DNA of 64,000 nucleotides from an uncultured Chlamydiae bacterium (GTDB lineage Bacteria; Chlamydiota; Chlamydiia; Chlamydiales; Parachlamydiaceae): NCBI GenBank assembly GCA_963754655.1, contig CAVWGN010000001.1, positions 2,019,565 to 2,083,564 of the forward strand, read 5' to 3'. Shown piece by piece: positions 1 to 9,174 of this stretch (position 1 is its first letter; each line of letters starts with the position of its first letter). The notes under the pieces were generated by a model. It saw only the letters and a program-made list of their open reading frames with translations, ran no database searches and was not told where the DNA came from. The position numbers and the translations under genes were made by a program.

Positions 1-234
1 ACACTCCATTAACATTTTTAATCCTTATAAGATGAAGATGAAAATAAGGATATTCTTCACCTTAAGACAATCTTAATTTCATTTCCAATTGGAAACAAGA
101 GACTTATGCTCCTATTTTCAACTAAATTTATCCTTAAATAAAAATAAAACCAATTTTTATACATTTTAAATCACATCTTTAAAATCCATACTTTTAAAAT
201 CAGTTGAAATAAAACTGATTTTATAATATTATAT

Positions 235-804
235 CTGAAGTTTTACAAAATTAATTAATTCAAGTTGAGACAAGTCTTAAAGCGTTCATTATATCTGAAT
301 TTTGGCATGGTTCAATTGAAGGTCGCATGTTTATGCCGTCCTTTCAGGACTCGATGTCTTTTTGATAGAACCCAGGCCTCCGCTTCGCTGCGACCTGGGC
401 TGTAACATGACGGCCCTTCAGGCCTTAACAAAAAGACGATTTAGGGACTATAGAAGAGGGACTTAAACATCTCTTGTTAAGGCCTGAAGGGCCGGCCTAT
501 TACAGCCCAGTCGCAGCGAAGCGGAGGCTTGGGCTGTAACATGACGGCCCTTCAGGCCTTAACAAGAGATGTTTAAGTCCCTCTTCTATAGTCCCTAAAT
601 CGTCTTTTTGTTAAGGCCTGAAGGGCCGTCATGTTACAGCCCAGGTCGCAGCGAAGCGGAGGCCTGGGTTCTATCAAAAAGACATCGAGTCCTGAAAGGA
701 CGGCATAAACATGCGACCTTCAATTGAACCATGCCAAAATTCAGATATAATGAACGCTTTAAGACTTGTCTCAACTTGAATTAATTAATTTTGTAAAACT
801 TCAG
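235..804. repeat. Large modular palindrome, copy 1 (same ~115-nt core module as elements at 31659, 43425, 58334; private outer arms; doubled centre)
   Basis: Left arm ctgaagttttacaaaattaattaattcaagttgag... is the reverse complement of the right arm ending ...gtaaaacttcag. The core ggtcgcatgtttatgccgtcctttcaggactcgatg...cccaggcctccgcttcgctgcgacctggg...ggcccttcaggccttaac occurs in both orientations. Two copies of a 47-nt spacer lie in opposite orientation around a degenerate central core near 519. Confidence 0.9.
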
Positions 805-841
805 TTATATCTAAATTAATTATAAATAATGGAGAAGTATC

Positions 842-2140
842 ATGATTCAAATTCCTTTAAGTCCAGGTAGATTTCAACAATGGAGTGATGTCCCTGTATC
901 AACTAAAGAAGAATTTTCGGGTGAAGAGGCGACACTAAAATTTTCAGCAGATTCATCTTTATCAGAGAAAGTGCAACGGGTTTTTAATGGGATGATGTTT
1001 TTTATAGTCGGAGCAAAACTTTTAAGCTTTATTCCACCCATTGCCTCGTTAGGATCTACGCTTAGTGGAATGGGGTTTGCTGCTATTAGCGGTACGGCTC
1101 TTTTAAAAATTCCTGCTGTAGCAACGATCATGGCACTTGCACCTCAGATGATTGTCACGCTTGCCCTCATCGTAGTCATCAGAAAAGTATTAGCAGTTGC
1201 CATTTGTCACATTATTTATCCAGCTGTGATCATGTCTTATGATAAAGAATCTAATTTTAGAAAAGTCTTAGGTAATTTTGTATTCATCCCTCATGATAAG
1301 CAATCTATTGACCAGGATCGTTCGGACATGTTTGATGATCTGAATGATGAAAAATTTGAATGTCGCCGCATGACTCTAAATAAGTCAGGGATTGATTATG
1401 ATGCCTTTGTCTTTGAACACGAAACGACTAAAGGAAATGGCCACTGGGTGGTTGTTGCTGGAGGAAATGGATGGATTGGTGAATCTGCTGCACCAACAAT
1501 TGCCAACGCCTTTAAACAATTAGGCTTAAACATCCTTTTCGTGAATGGCCCTGGAGTTGGGCGCAGCTCAGGACTTCCAACTAGTTATAGCATTCAAGCC
1601 GGACAAGAAGCAGGGCTTCAATTTTTGGAAAAAGTAGTGGAAGCTGAAAAAATCCTGATCTACGGCGCTTCTTTAGGTGGAGGGGCTCAAGCTGAGGTTA
1701 TTAGAAGGCATGAATTTAAAACAGACATCGACTACATGGTTTGGAGTGATCGCTCTTTTGATAAACTTTCAAATGCAGCCAGCAGCATGGTGACAATTTT
1801 AGCTAAGCCTGTCTTCTTTCTTTTGGGCATTGAATTAGATGGAGTAGCAGGAGCTAGAAAGCTGCAGGAATTAGGGATTATTCATATTGTGACTCAAAAT
1901 AGCAACATCCTTAAAAGCAATGGCATTTTGCCTTTAGATCAAGACTTTGATGATCAGGAAAATGATGGGGTCATTCCAAATAAAGCTTCTCTCTATGTAG
2001 GATTAAAAAAAGCAGGTTTTCAAGATTCAGATCGCTTGAAATGTTACGGAGGCCCTCATATGCGACATAATGGCAGATTGCGTCAAGACATTGAGGATTT
2101 TGTCAATGCCGATATTAAAGCCTTTGTTGCAAAAGCCTAA
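842..2140 (+). CDS. Membrane-anchored alpha/beta-hydrolase-fold protein (candidate secreted/Inc-like effector)
   Basis: 432-aa ORF. aa ~50-135 are almost entirely hydrophobic (multiple TM segments). The C-terminal domain has a nucleophile elbow G-A-S-L-G (LIYGASLGGG) and a VVVAGGNG motif. ggag lies a few nt upstream of the ATG. Confidence 0.7.
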   Translation: MIQIPLSPGRFQQWSDVPVSTKEEFSGEEATLKFSADSSLSEKVQRVFNGMMFFIVGAKLLSFIPPIASLGSTLSGMGFAAISGTALLKIPAVATIMALAPQMIVTLALIVVIRKVLAVAICHIIYPAVIMSYDKESNFRKVLGNFVFIPHDKQSIDQDRSDMFDDLNDEKFECRRMTLNKSGIDYDAFVFEHETTKGNGHWVVVAGGNGWIGESAAPTIANAFKQLGLNILFVNGPGVGRSSGLPTSYSIQAGQEAGLQFLEKVVEAEKILIYGASLGGGAQAEVIRRHEFKTDIDYMVWSDRSFDKLSNAASSMVTILAKPVFFLLGIELDGVAGARKLQELGIIHIVTQNSNILKSNGILPLDQDFDDQENDGVIPNKASLYVGLKKAGFQDSDRLKCYGGPHMRHNGRLRQDIEDFVNADIKAFVAKA

Positions 2141-2214
2141 AAACCTAAGATTTACGTGTGTGCAACTGTAACAGATTACTAAGTGAACCGCTAAGATTGT
2201 AAAGCAGCGAAACA

Positions 2215-3720
2215 TCAATCTCTTATATCTAATAAAGGAAATGTTTTTTGAATAAAGTCCAAAGTTTTTAAAGAAAAATGACATCCTTGCACATGAAGAG
2301 AAGCTAAAGTAGAACGCAGTTTAACCAATTGCAAAAGTCCATAATCAGTCAGACCTTCACATCTCACTAATTTAAGGCTAACGAGCTGTGGAAGATGCAA
2401 GCCTATTATAATTAAGGCTTGATCTGTAAACTGATCACAATCATTGACATTCAAGTCTTGAAGATAAGGACATAATATGACAAGATCTGCAATGCCTTTA
2501 TCATCTATTTTGCGGCAACTCTCAATGCTTAAATCTGATAATAAGGGGCATCCTCGCCCAATGATTTTGAGATCTTCATTTGTGAGTTGAATGCAATAAT
2601 CTAATTTTAATGTTTTCAACCACTTAAAACGATAGAGTTCTCCCCAGGCCAAGTAGTTCAAATGCCTATTATTCGCTAACTCAAGTTTTTTGAGAGAAGG
2701 ACATTGAGCAGCTGCTTGGCGTAAATGATCAGGGAGAAGCCAACCACAAGAAGACAAAGCAAGATCAAGCAGATGAGGAGGCAAAAAGGCAAACTGATTA
2801 GCATAACCAACAGATTCGCTGATGTCTACTCCGATCAAGTCAGGACAGCCGTGGATAATGGCTAAGTAATGGAAACCCTCGCTTAAACTTCCTCTGAAAG
2901 CCACGTGAGTGATCCAAGGAGCAAATAGTTGAAATAATTCTAAATTTTCTGGTTGGAAATTGAGAATTTCAATTTTTAAATCAGCAGGGTCTCCCCACAA
3001 CAACTTCAATCCCCCTCTTTGCTGATTGAAGAAGTCATAAGCCACCTTCTTCCATTCTTCAAAACCTTGCTGATGAGCGTTTAAAATGATTTCCACAACA
3101 TGTTGTTCATCAATGTAGCGACGCAAAAAAGAGGCACACTCTTGCACAAGTCCTTGCAATTCCCAAGCTTTTGCTTGAGTCATCAAAGCAAGAATCTCTT
3201 CATATTCATATTTCCATAATTCAGGGCTTTTTCCCTCGGCAAGAAAGATGTCAATGAGCTGAAAAGTTGACAGTTTGACATGATGAAGAATCCATTCATC
3301 ATTCAATTTTTCGAAACATTCTCGTTTAAAAATGTTGCCCAATATAGGACTGCCCACGCCAAATAACAAACTGTTGACCAGGACATCTTGATGTTCTACT
3401 CGAATTCTAACAGTAAAAAATAAGGCTGCTCGAAAAAAAAGAAAAGGTCTTAACAAAGAATAGTGATGCTGAATTTTTGCAACTAAGCGGCGTGCATAAT
3501 AAAGAGATAAATTTCCCAAATAAAATTGTTTAGTGGCCCACCGCAAGACGAGGCGCATGAATTTGGAATGCTGCAAAACCCATCTTTCATCTTCACAAGC
3601 CGATTCAAAAAAGAGAAAAAGGTCCTCAATTTTAGAGATCAATGCTTGAAAAAGCTCACTATCTGTTGCACACTCTTCATAAGAAGTCAAATGGCTAGGA
3701 AGTAAAAAGGGACCTTGCAT
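2215..3720 (-). CDS. BTB/POZ-like domain + cysteine-containing LRR (FBXL/RNI-type) protein
   Basis: 501 aa. aa ~100-230 resemble BTB plus a BACK-like helix region (VRIRVEHQDVLVNSLLFGVGSPILGNIF ... EILALMTQAKAWELQGLVQECASFLRRYI). The C-terminus carries ~26-aa repeats of the form LxxLxLxxCxxLTDxGL (LKLDYCIQLTNEDL, LSIESCRKIDDKGI, LNVNDCDQFTDQAL, LKLVRCEGLTDYGL). Confidence 0.65.
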   Translation of the reverse strand: MQGPFLLPSHLTSYEECATDSELFQALISKIEDLFLFFESACEDERWVLQHSKFMRLVLRWATKQFYLGNLSLYYARRLVAKIQHHYSLLRPFLFFRAALFFTVRIRVEHQDVLVNSLLFGVGSPILGNIFKRECFEKLNDEWILHHVKLSTFQLIDIFLAEGKSPELWKYEYEEILALMTQAKAWELQGLVQECASFLRRYIDEQHVVEIILNAHQQGFEEWKKVAYDFFNQQRGGLKLLWGDPADLKIEILNFQPENLELFQLFAPWITHVAFRGSLSEGFHYLAIIHGCPDLIGVDISESVGYANQFAFLPPHLLDLALSSCGWLLPDHLRQAAAQCPSLKKLELANNRHLNYLAWGELYRFKWLKTLKLDYCIQLTNEDLKIIGRGCPLLSDLSIESCRKIDDKGIADLVILCPYLQDLNVNDCDQFTDQALIIIGLHLPQLVSLKLVRCEGLTDYGLLQLVKLRSTLASLHVQGCHFSLKTLDFIQKTFPLLDIRD

Positions 3721-3722
3721 AT

Positions 3723-4871
3723 TTAAAACATATCATATTCTAGTAAACGAGAATCCAATCCTCCATTATTTAATACATAACGTCTTTTTGCTGCTAGTCC
3801 GATCTCTTTGCTCAATTCAAGGTTGCTTGTAAAAACAAAGCCTTTTCCTGGTTTTGCGCACCGGTTTTTTATAAAATCGCCAAGCGCTCGATAAAGAGGA
3901 CGCAGCTGATCCTCTTCGTCTAAACGACGGCCATGAGGAGGATTGGTTAAAATAAAATCGGGTAAAACAGAGGGAGAAAAGTCCCTAAAATCTGCTTGCT
4001 GAATGTCAATTTGCTGATGGAAGCCTGCGGCTTTCAAATTAATTTTAGCAGCACGCACCGCTGCTTGGCTACGATCTGCTCCAAAAATATGTTGCGAAGC
4101 CAAGGGAATGCGCTTCTCATCAATTTGATTGCGCACTTTTAACCATTCAGCAGAATGATAATGAGGATGGCGCATAAATCCCCATTGTGTCCGTAAATAG
4201 CCTGGAGGAGTATGCGTTGCGATCAAAGCAGCTTCAATGAGAAAAGTTGCCGATCCGCAACAAGGATCAAGAAAAATGCAATCTTTTTGATAATGAGCCA
4301 AGCGCAGGATAGCCGCAGCTAATGTCTCTTGGATAGGAGCCTCTACAGTCTCTTGACGATAGCCCCTTTTGTGTAATGGCTCTCCCGAAGTATCAAAACT
4401 AATGATGGCATTTTGTTGCTGAATGAAAAGATTAATCTGAAGGTCAGGATGCTGCACTTGAACTGTGGGACGCCTTCCTGTTCGCTGGCGCATTTGATCA
4501 CAAATGGCATCTTTAACAACCTGGGCTGCAAACAAGCTATTGCGCAATTCACGATGATGGACATTGGCATCTATGGCAAATGTCCAACCCTCTTTCAAAT
4601 ATTGAGGCCAATCAATTTCCATTGCATGGCGATAAAGAGAACGGCGATCAAAACAACGAAAACGTGAAATGGGGAGCAGGACGCGGCTAGCTAATCGGGA
4701 GGCATAGTTAATACGATAAATGGTTGCCCAATTCCAATTGTCGATAAACACTCCGCGATATCCAATATGCAAAGAAGAAGAAGGTAAATCCAGTTCTTGG
4801 AGTTCTTCGATTAAAAGCGGTTCAAGAGCTGGCGCACAGCTAACAAATAAATGTTGATTTTCAACGCTCAA
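3723..4871 (-). CDS. THUMP-domain class I SAM-dependent RNA methyltransferase (RlmL/YpsC-like)
   Basis: 382 aa. Has SAM motif I DPCCGSATFLIEAAL and catalytic motif IV LTNPPHGRRL (NPPY-type), with an N-terminal THUMP-like region. Confidence 0.8.
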   Translation of the reverse strand: MSVENQHLFVSCAPALEPLLIEELQELDLPSSSLHIGYRGVFIDNWNWATIYRINYASRLASRVLLPISRFRCFDRRSLYRHAMEIDWPQYLKEGWTFAIDANVHHRELRNSLFAAQVVKDAICDQMRQRTGRRPTVQVQHPDLQINLFIQQQNAIISFDTSGEPLHKRGYRQETVEAPIQETLAAAILRLAHYQKDCIFLDPCCGSATFLIEAALIATHTPPGYLRTQWGFMRHPHYHSAEWLKVRNQIDEKRIPLASQHIFGADRSQAAVRAAKINLKAAGFHQQIDIQQADFRDFSPSVLPDFILTNPPHGRRLDEEDQLRPLYRALGDFIKNRCAKPGKGFVFTSNLELSKEIGLAAKRRYVLNNGGLDSRLLEYDMF

Positions 4872-5080
4872 AGAGACTCCTTTAGGTTCGAAACTGCAAA
4901 GATAAAGAAAACACAGTGAAGAAAAAGAGAATCGCTTGAAAAGTAAATTTCTAAACTTTTTTCAAGAGACAGCTTTTCTATATGCTTCATCATTCTGTGA
5001 TTTATTTTAGGAAGTGTTCTTCGGTTGAGAACTCACCCTAGTCACTAACCTTAATTGATTTTTTATGATATTTTTTTATT

Positions 5081-6178
5081 TTAATGATGCATGAAGAGGA
5101 TGACATCCCCATCTTTTACAATATAATCTCTTCCCTCGGCTCGAACCTTGCCCTCTTCACGAGCTTTTCCTCGCCCTTTATAAGTCATCATATCTTCAAA
5201 CGTTACAACTTCAGCACGAATAAATCCTTTTTGGATATCGGTATGAATTTTACCAGCAGCCTCAGCAGCTGGTGTTCCCACTTGAATAGTCCATGCCCGC
5301 GTTTCAATTTCGCCTGTCGTAAGATAAGTAATTAATCCCAGCATCGAAAAAGAAGCTTTAATTAAACGCTCTAAACCTGACTCCTGTAAACCCAAACTTT
5401 CGAGAAAGCTTTTGCGTTCATCCAGAGGTAATTGCGCGATTTCTTCTTCAAGCTTGGCACAAATCGGAATGACGGAATTTCCTTCTGCTTGAGCATAAGC
5501 CTTGACTTGTCGGACGAATTCATTATCCATTTCGGGCAAATCATCTTCTGAGACATTGGCTACATACAGGACTTTTTTAGCAGAAAGGAAAGGATAAGGC
5601 TTTAAACATTCTTGCTCTTCAAGCGTCAATTCTAAGGAACGCATCGGCTGATTTTCATTTAAATGCGCCTGAGCGCGTTTCAAACATTCAACCGTTACTG
5701 CAAGTTCTTTTTTCGTTTTGGCTTGTTTTTCTAGGCGTCCCAAAACATTTTCCACCATTTGCAGATCTGCCAAGCGCAACTCAAGATTAATAATTTCAAT
5801 ATCTTGAATAGGATCCACCTTCCCTGCTACATGCACAATATCTGAAGACTCAAAGCAGCGCACAACATGCACAATGGCATCTGTCTCGCGAATATTCGCC
5901 AAGAACTTATTGCCTAACCCTTCTCCTTGAGAGGCTCCGGCTACTAAACCGGCAATATCGACGAATTGCATACTAGCGTAAACAATCTTTTTGCTATTGG
6001 AAAGAACCGACAACTTTTCTAAACGGGGATCATAGACATCGACAACTCCAATATTGGGATCAATCGTACAAAAAGGATAATTAGAAGCAGCTGCTTGGTT
6101 AGAAGTCAAAGCATTAAAAAGAGTCGATTTTCCCACATTGGGTAAGCCGACAATTCCAACAGAAAGACCAGTGGCCAT
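5081..6178 (-). CDS. ychF: Ribosome-binding ATPase YchF
   Basis: 365 aa. Has the P-loop [18 protein letters not shown], a coiled-coil insertion and a C-terminal TGS-like domain ending DGDVILF; full-length match to the YchF/OLA1 architecture. Confidence 0.95.
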   Translation of the reverse strand: MATGLSVGIVGLPNVGKSTLFNALTSNQAAASNYPFCTIDPNIGVVDVYDPRLEKLSVLSNSKKIVYASMQFVDIAGLVAGASQGEGLGNKFLANIRETDAIVHVVRCFESSDIVHVAGKVDPIQDIEIINLELRLADLQMVENVLGRLEKQAKTKKELAVTVECLKRAQAHLNENQPMRSLELTLEEQECLKPYPFLSAKKVLYVANVSEDDLPEMDNEFVRQVKAYAQAEGNSVIPICAKLEEEIAQLPLDERKSFLESLGLQESGLERLIKASFSMLGLITYLTTGEIETRAWTIQVGTPAAEAAGKIHTDIQKGFIRAEVVTFEDMMTYKGRGKAREEGKVRAEGRDYIVKDGDVILFMHH

Positions 6179-6531
6179 AAATAAGAATTCCTTACAAAAT
6201 TTAAATTGATGAATGAGAAAGCAGTTTATCAGAAAACCAGAAGAAGGTGCAATTAAAAGTATAGTCTAACAAAGAATAAAAGAAAAAAAAGACATTAAGA
6301 ATAGAAGAAACGAGAGGTGAGGCCTCTTTTTAGTCTTTTTTTTCCTTTATGTCATTGACCAACCTACACTTTTAATAGCACTTTGTTCTACTAGAATGAG
6401 AACGAAAACTCTCATTCACCTTAATAACATCCGATTAATTTATTGAATTATAATTTGGACAAATATACTATAACATATAATAAAATTAAATATTTAAATA
6501 ATATTAAAACAAATAATTTAATTAAAGGATC

Positions 6532-7905
6532 ATGATGCAAACTACGTCCTTGCATTTACACACAATACAAAACACTTCAAATGAAGCCTTCTTAGATACA
6601 CTTCCTCATGAGGTATTAGGAATTATTTTTGATCAGATTCTCAATCAAAGAAGCCAGCCTTTACATGATATTTATTCTATTTTACTTACCTGTAAAAACT
6701 GGAAAAGCGTTCTTGAGAAGAATCCTTGTCTCTCATTAATGCAGACTTTGTTTCAACTCAAAGGCAGTCAACCATCCACTATTACGTTTCCCCAAGAATG
6801 TATCATAACGGATGAGCAACAGCAGCATTTTACCTCTCAGGAATTTAAACTTATTGATCAAGCAAGAAGTGCCCAAAGCTTTAACAAATTGTTAATGGTG
6901 GATTCAAAATTATTTCACCCGAAAAGTTTATTTCTTTCTCTTTTGGATCGCTATCCATGGACACCTGAATTTTGTAAAAAGAGCGCCAATCCAAACATCC
7001 GGCGTATAGCTGAAAAACAATTGTCTATTTTAAAATCTCTTATATCAGGCACTGATGAACAAAGATTCGCTGTTATCAAAAATGACTCTATCAAAAAACT
7101 TTACTGTGTCAATCACGCTGTAGCATGGGAGAAGGCAGAAAGATCTGTCATCTCCATACTTAAAAAATTTCCCAATTTTAACGATAAAAAAATCTTTATT
7201 CAAGTTGCTCGCCATTTTGGATGTTCGGTTTTTAATATACATGAAAGGCTTAAAAAAGATCGAGAGATTGTCTTAACGGCCGTTCAGCAAGATGGCAATG
7301 CTCTTCAATATGCAGATGAAAGCCTTACAAAAGATCGAGAGATTGTCTTAACGGCCGTTCAGCAAGATGGCAATGCTCTTCAATATGCAGATGAAAGCCT
7401 TACAAAAGATCGAGAGATTGTCTTGGCTGCCCTTCAGCAACACGGCGGTGCTCTTCGATATGCAGATGAAAGCCTTAAAAAAGATCGAGAAGTTGTCTTG
7501 GCTGCCATTCAGAAAAATGGCATGGCTCTTCAATATGCAGATAAAAGCCTTAAAAAAAATCGAGAGATCGTTTTGGCTGCCGTTCAGGAATATGGCAATG
7601 CTCTTAAATATGCAGATAAAAGCCTTAAAACAGATAGAGAGATTGTCTTGACTGCCGTTAAGGGATATGGCTATGCTCTTCAACTTGCAGATGAAAACCT
7701 TAAAAAAGATCGAGAGATTGTCTTGACAGCCCTTCAGCAAGATGGTAGGGCTCTTGAATATGCAGATGAAAGCCTTAAAAAAAATCGAGAGATTGTCTTG
7801 GCTGCCATTCAGCAAGATGGCCGCGCTTTTCGATATGCAGATGAAACCCTTAAAAAAGATGAAGAGATTATGTTGGCTGCCATTCAGCAAAATCACTTTG
7901 TATAG
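6532..7905 (+). CDS. F-box + 25-aa repeat (DUF4116-like) protein, paralogue 1 (8 full repeats + terminal half repeat)
   Basis: F-box-like motif LDTLPHEVLGIIFDQ...ILLTCKNWKSVL. Exact 75-nt periodic repeats with consensus DREIVLAAVQQxGxALxYADESLKK. Confidence 0.85.
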   Translation: MMQTTSLHLHTIQNTSNEAFLDTLPHEVLGIIFDQILNQRSQPLHDIYSILLTCKNWKSVLEKNPCLSLMQTLFQLKGSQPSTITFPQECIITDEQQQHFTSQEFKLIDQARSAQSFNKLLMVDSKLFHPKSLFLSLLDRYPWTPEFCKKSANPNIRRIAEKQLSILKSLISGTDEQRFAVIKNDSIKKLYCVNHAVAWEKAERSVISILKKFPNFNDKKIFIQVARHFGCSVFNIHERLKKDREIVLTAVQQDGNALQYADESLTKDREIVLTAVQQDGNALQYADESLTKDREIVLAALQQHGGALRYADESLKKDREVVLAAIQKNGMALQYADKSLKKNREIVLAAVQEYGNALKYADKSLKTDREIVLTAVKGYGYALQLADENLKKDREIVLTALQQDGRALEYADESLKKNREIVLAAIQQDGRAFRYADETLKKDEEIMLAAIQQNHFV

Positions 7906-7964
7906 TCTTAAAAAATCATGTCAATGCGGTAAAAGAAGCGACTAAAAAATTAATTAAAAGGATC

Positions 7965-8875
7965 ATGCAAACTATACCCCTTTATTCACAAACAATGCAA
8001 AAAACTTCAAATGAAGCCGGCTTAAACATCATCCCTCATGAGGTGTATTAGGAATTATTTTTGATCGAGTTGTCAATCAAAGAAGCCAACCTTTACATGA
8101 CATTTGTTCTATTTTACTCAGCTGTAAAAACTGGAAAAGAGTTCTTGAAAAGAATTCTTGTTTCCCATTATTGCAAACTTTTTTTTCAACTTAAAGACAA
8201 CCATCGATCCACTATTACGTTTCCCTAAGAATGTATCACAACTGAAGGGCAAAAGCAGCATTTTACCTCTCCGGAACTTAAACTGATCGATCGAGTAATC
8301 AGTTACCGAAGATTTGAAAAATTGTTAATGGTGGATTCAAAATTATTTCATCCGAAGAGTTTATTTTTTTCTCTTTTAGATCGCTATCCATGGGATCCTG
8401 AAGTTTGCAAAAAGAGCGCCAATCCAAACATTCAGCATATTGCTGAAGAACAATTATTTATTTTAAAGTCTTTTATATCGGTACTGATGAACAAAGATTG
8501 ACCGTTATCAAAAATGAGTCTATCAAAGAACTTTACCATGGCACTCGAGCTCAGTCATGGGAGGAGGTAGAAACATCTGTCATCTCTACACTTAAAAAAT
8601 TTTTATTCAAGTTGCTCGCTATTTTGGACGTTCGGTTTTTTACATAGATGAAAACTTTAAAAAAGATCGAGAGATTCTCTTAGCTGCCGTTCAGCGATAT
8701 GGTCCGGCTCTTCAATATGCAGATAAAAGCCTTAAAAAAGATCGAGAAATTGTCTTGGCGGCCATTCACAAATCAGCAAAATGGCTCTGCTCTTCACTTT
8801 GCAGATAAAAGCCTTAAACAAGATGAAGAGATTATCTTTGTTGCCATTCAGCAAAATCACCTTGTACAGTCTTAA
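7965..8875 (+). pseudogene. Decayed F-box/25-aa-repeat paralogue
   Basis: Homologous along its length to the intact paralogues but interrupted. There is a stop right after the F-box start (gaggtgtattagg instead of gaggtattagg), further frameshifts and deletions, and only short ORF fragments. Confidence 0.85.
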
Positions 8876-8879
8876 AAAA

Positions 8880-8985
8880 TTTCTCTAAACGTGAATCATA
8901 GACATCAACAGCTCTATTATTGGAATCAATCGTGCAAAAAAGATAGTTAGAAACAGCTGCTTGGTAGAAGTCAAACAAATTAAAA
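8880..8985 (-). pseudogene. Fragment of ychF 5' coding region (duplication scar A)
   Basis: ttctctaaacgtgaatcatagacatcaacagctctattattggaatcaatcgtgcaaaaaagatagttagaaacagctgcttgg matches ychF at ~6015-6125 with scattered substitutions and indels. Confidence 0.8.
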
Positions 8986-9174
8986 AATAGTTTATGTCAT
9001 TTACCCACCCATACTTTTAATAGCACTTTGTTCTACTAGAACGAGAACGAAAAACTCTAATTTATCTTAACAACGCGATTAATTTATTGAATTATAATTT
9101 TGGAAAAAATATTATAAAAAATAATAAAGTTACATATTAAACAATATTAAAATAAATAATTTAATTAAAGGATT

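Noticed and set aside
2027-2284. 85-aa minus-strand ORF bridging the 3' ends of the hydrolase and BTB-LRR genes
   Set aside because: It overlaps both convergent genes and is a low-complexity, AT-rich translation with no start context.
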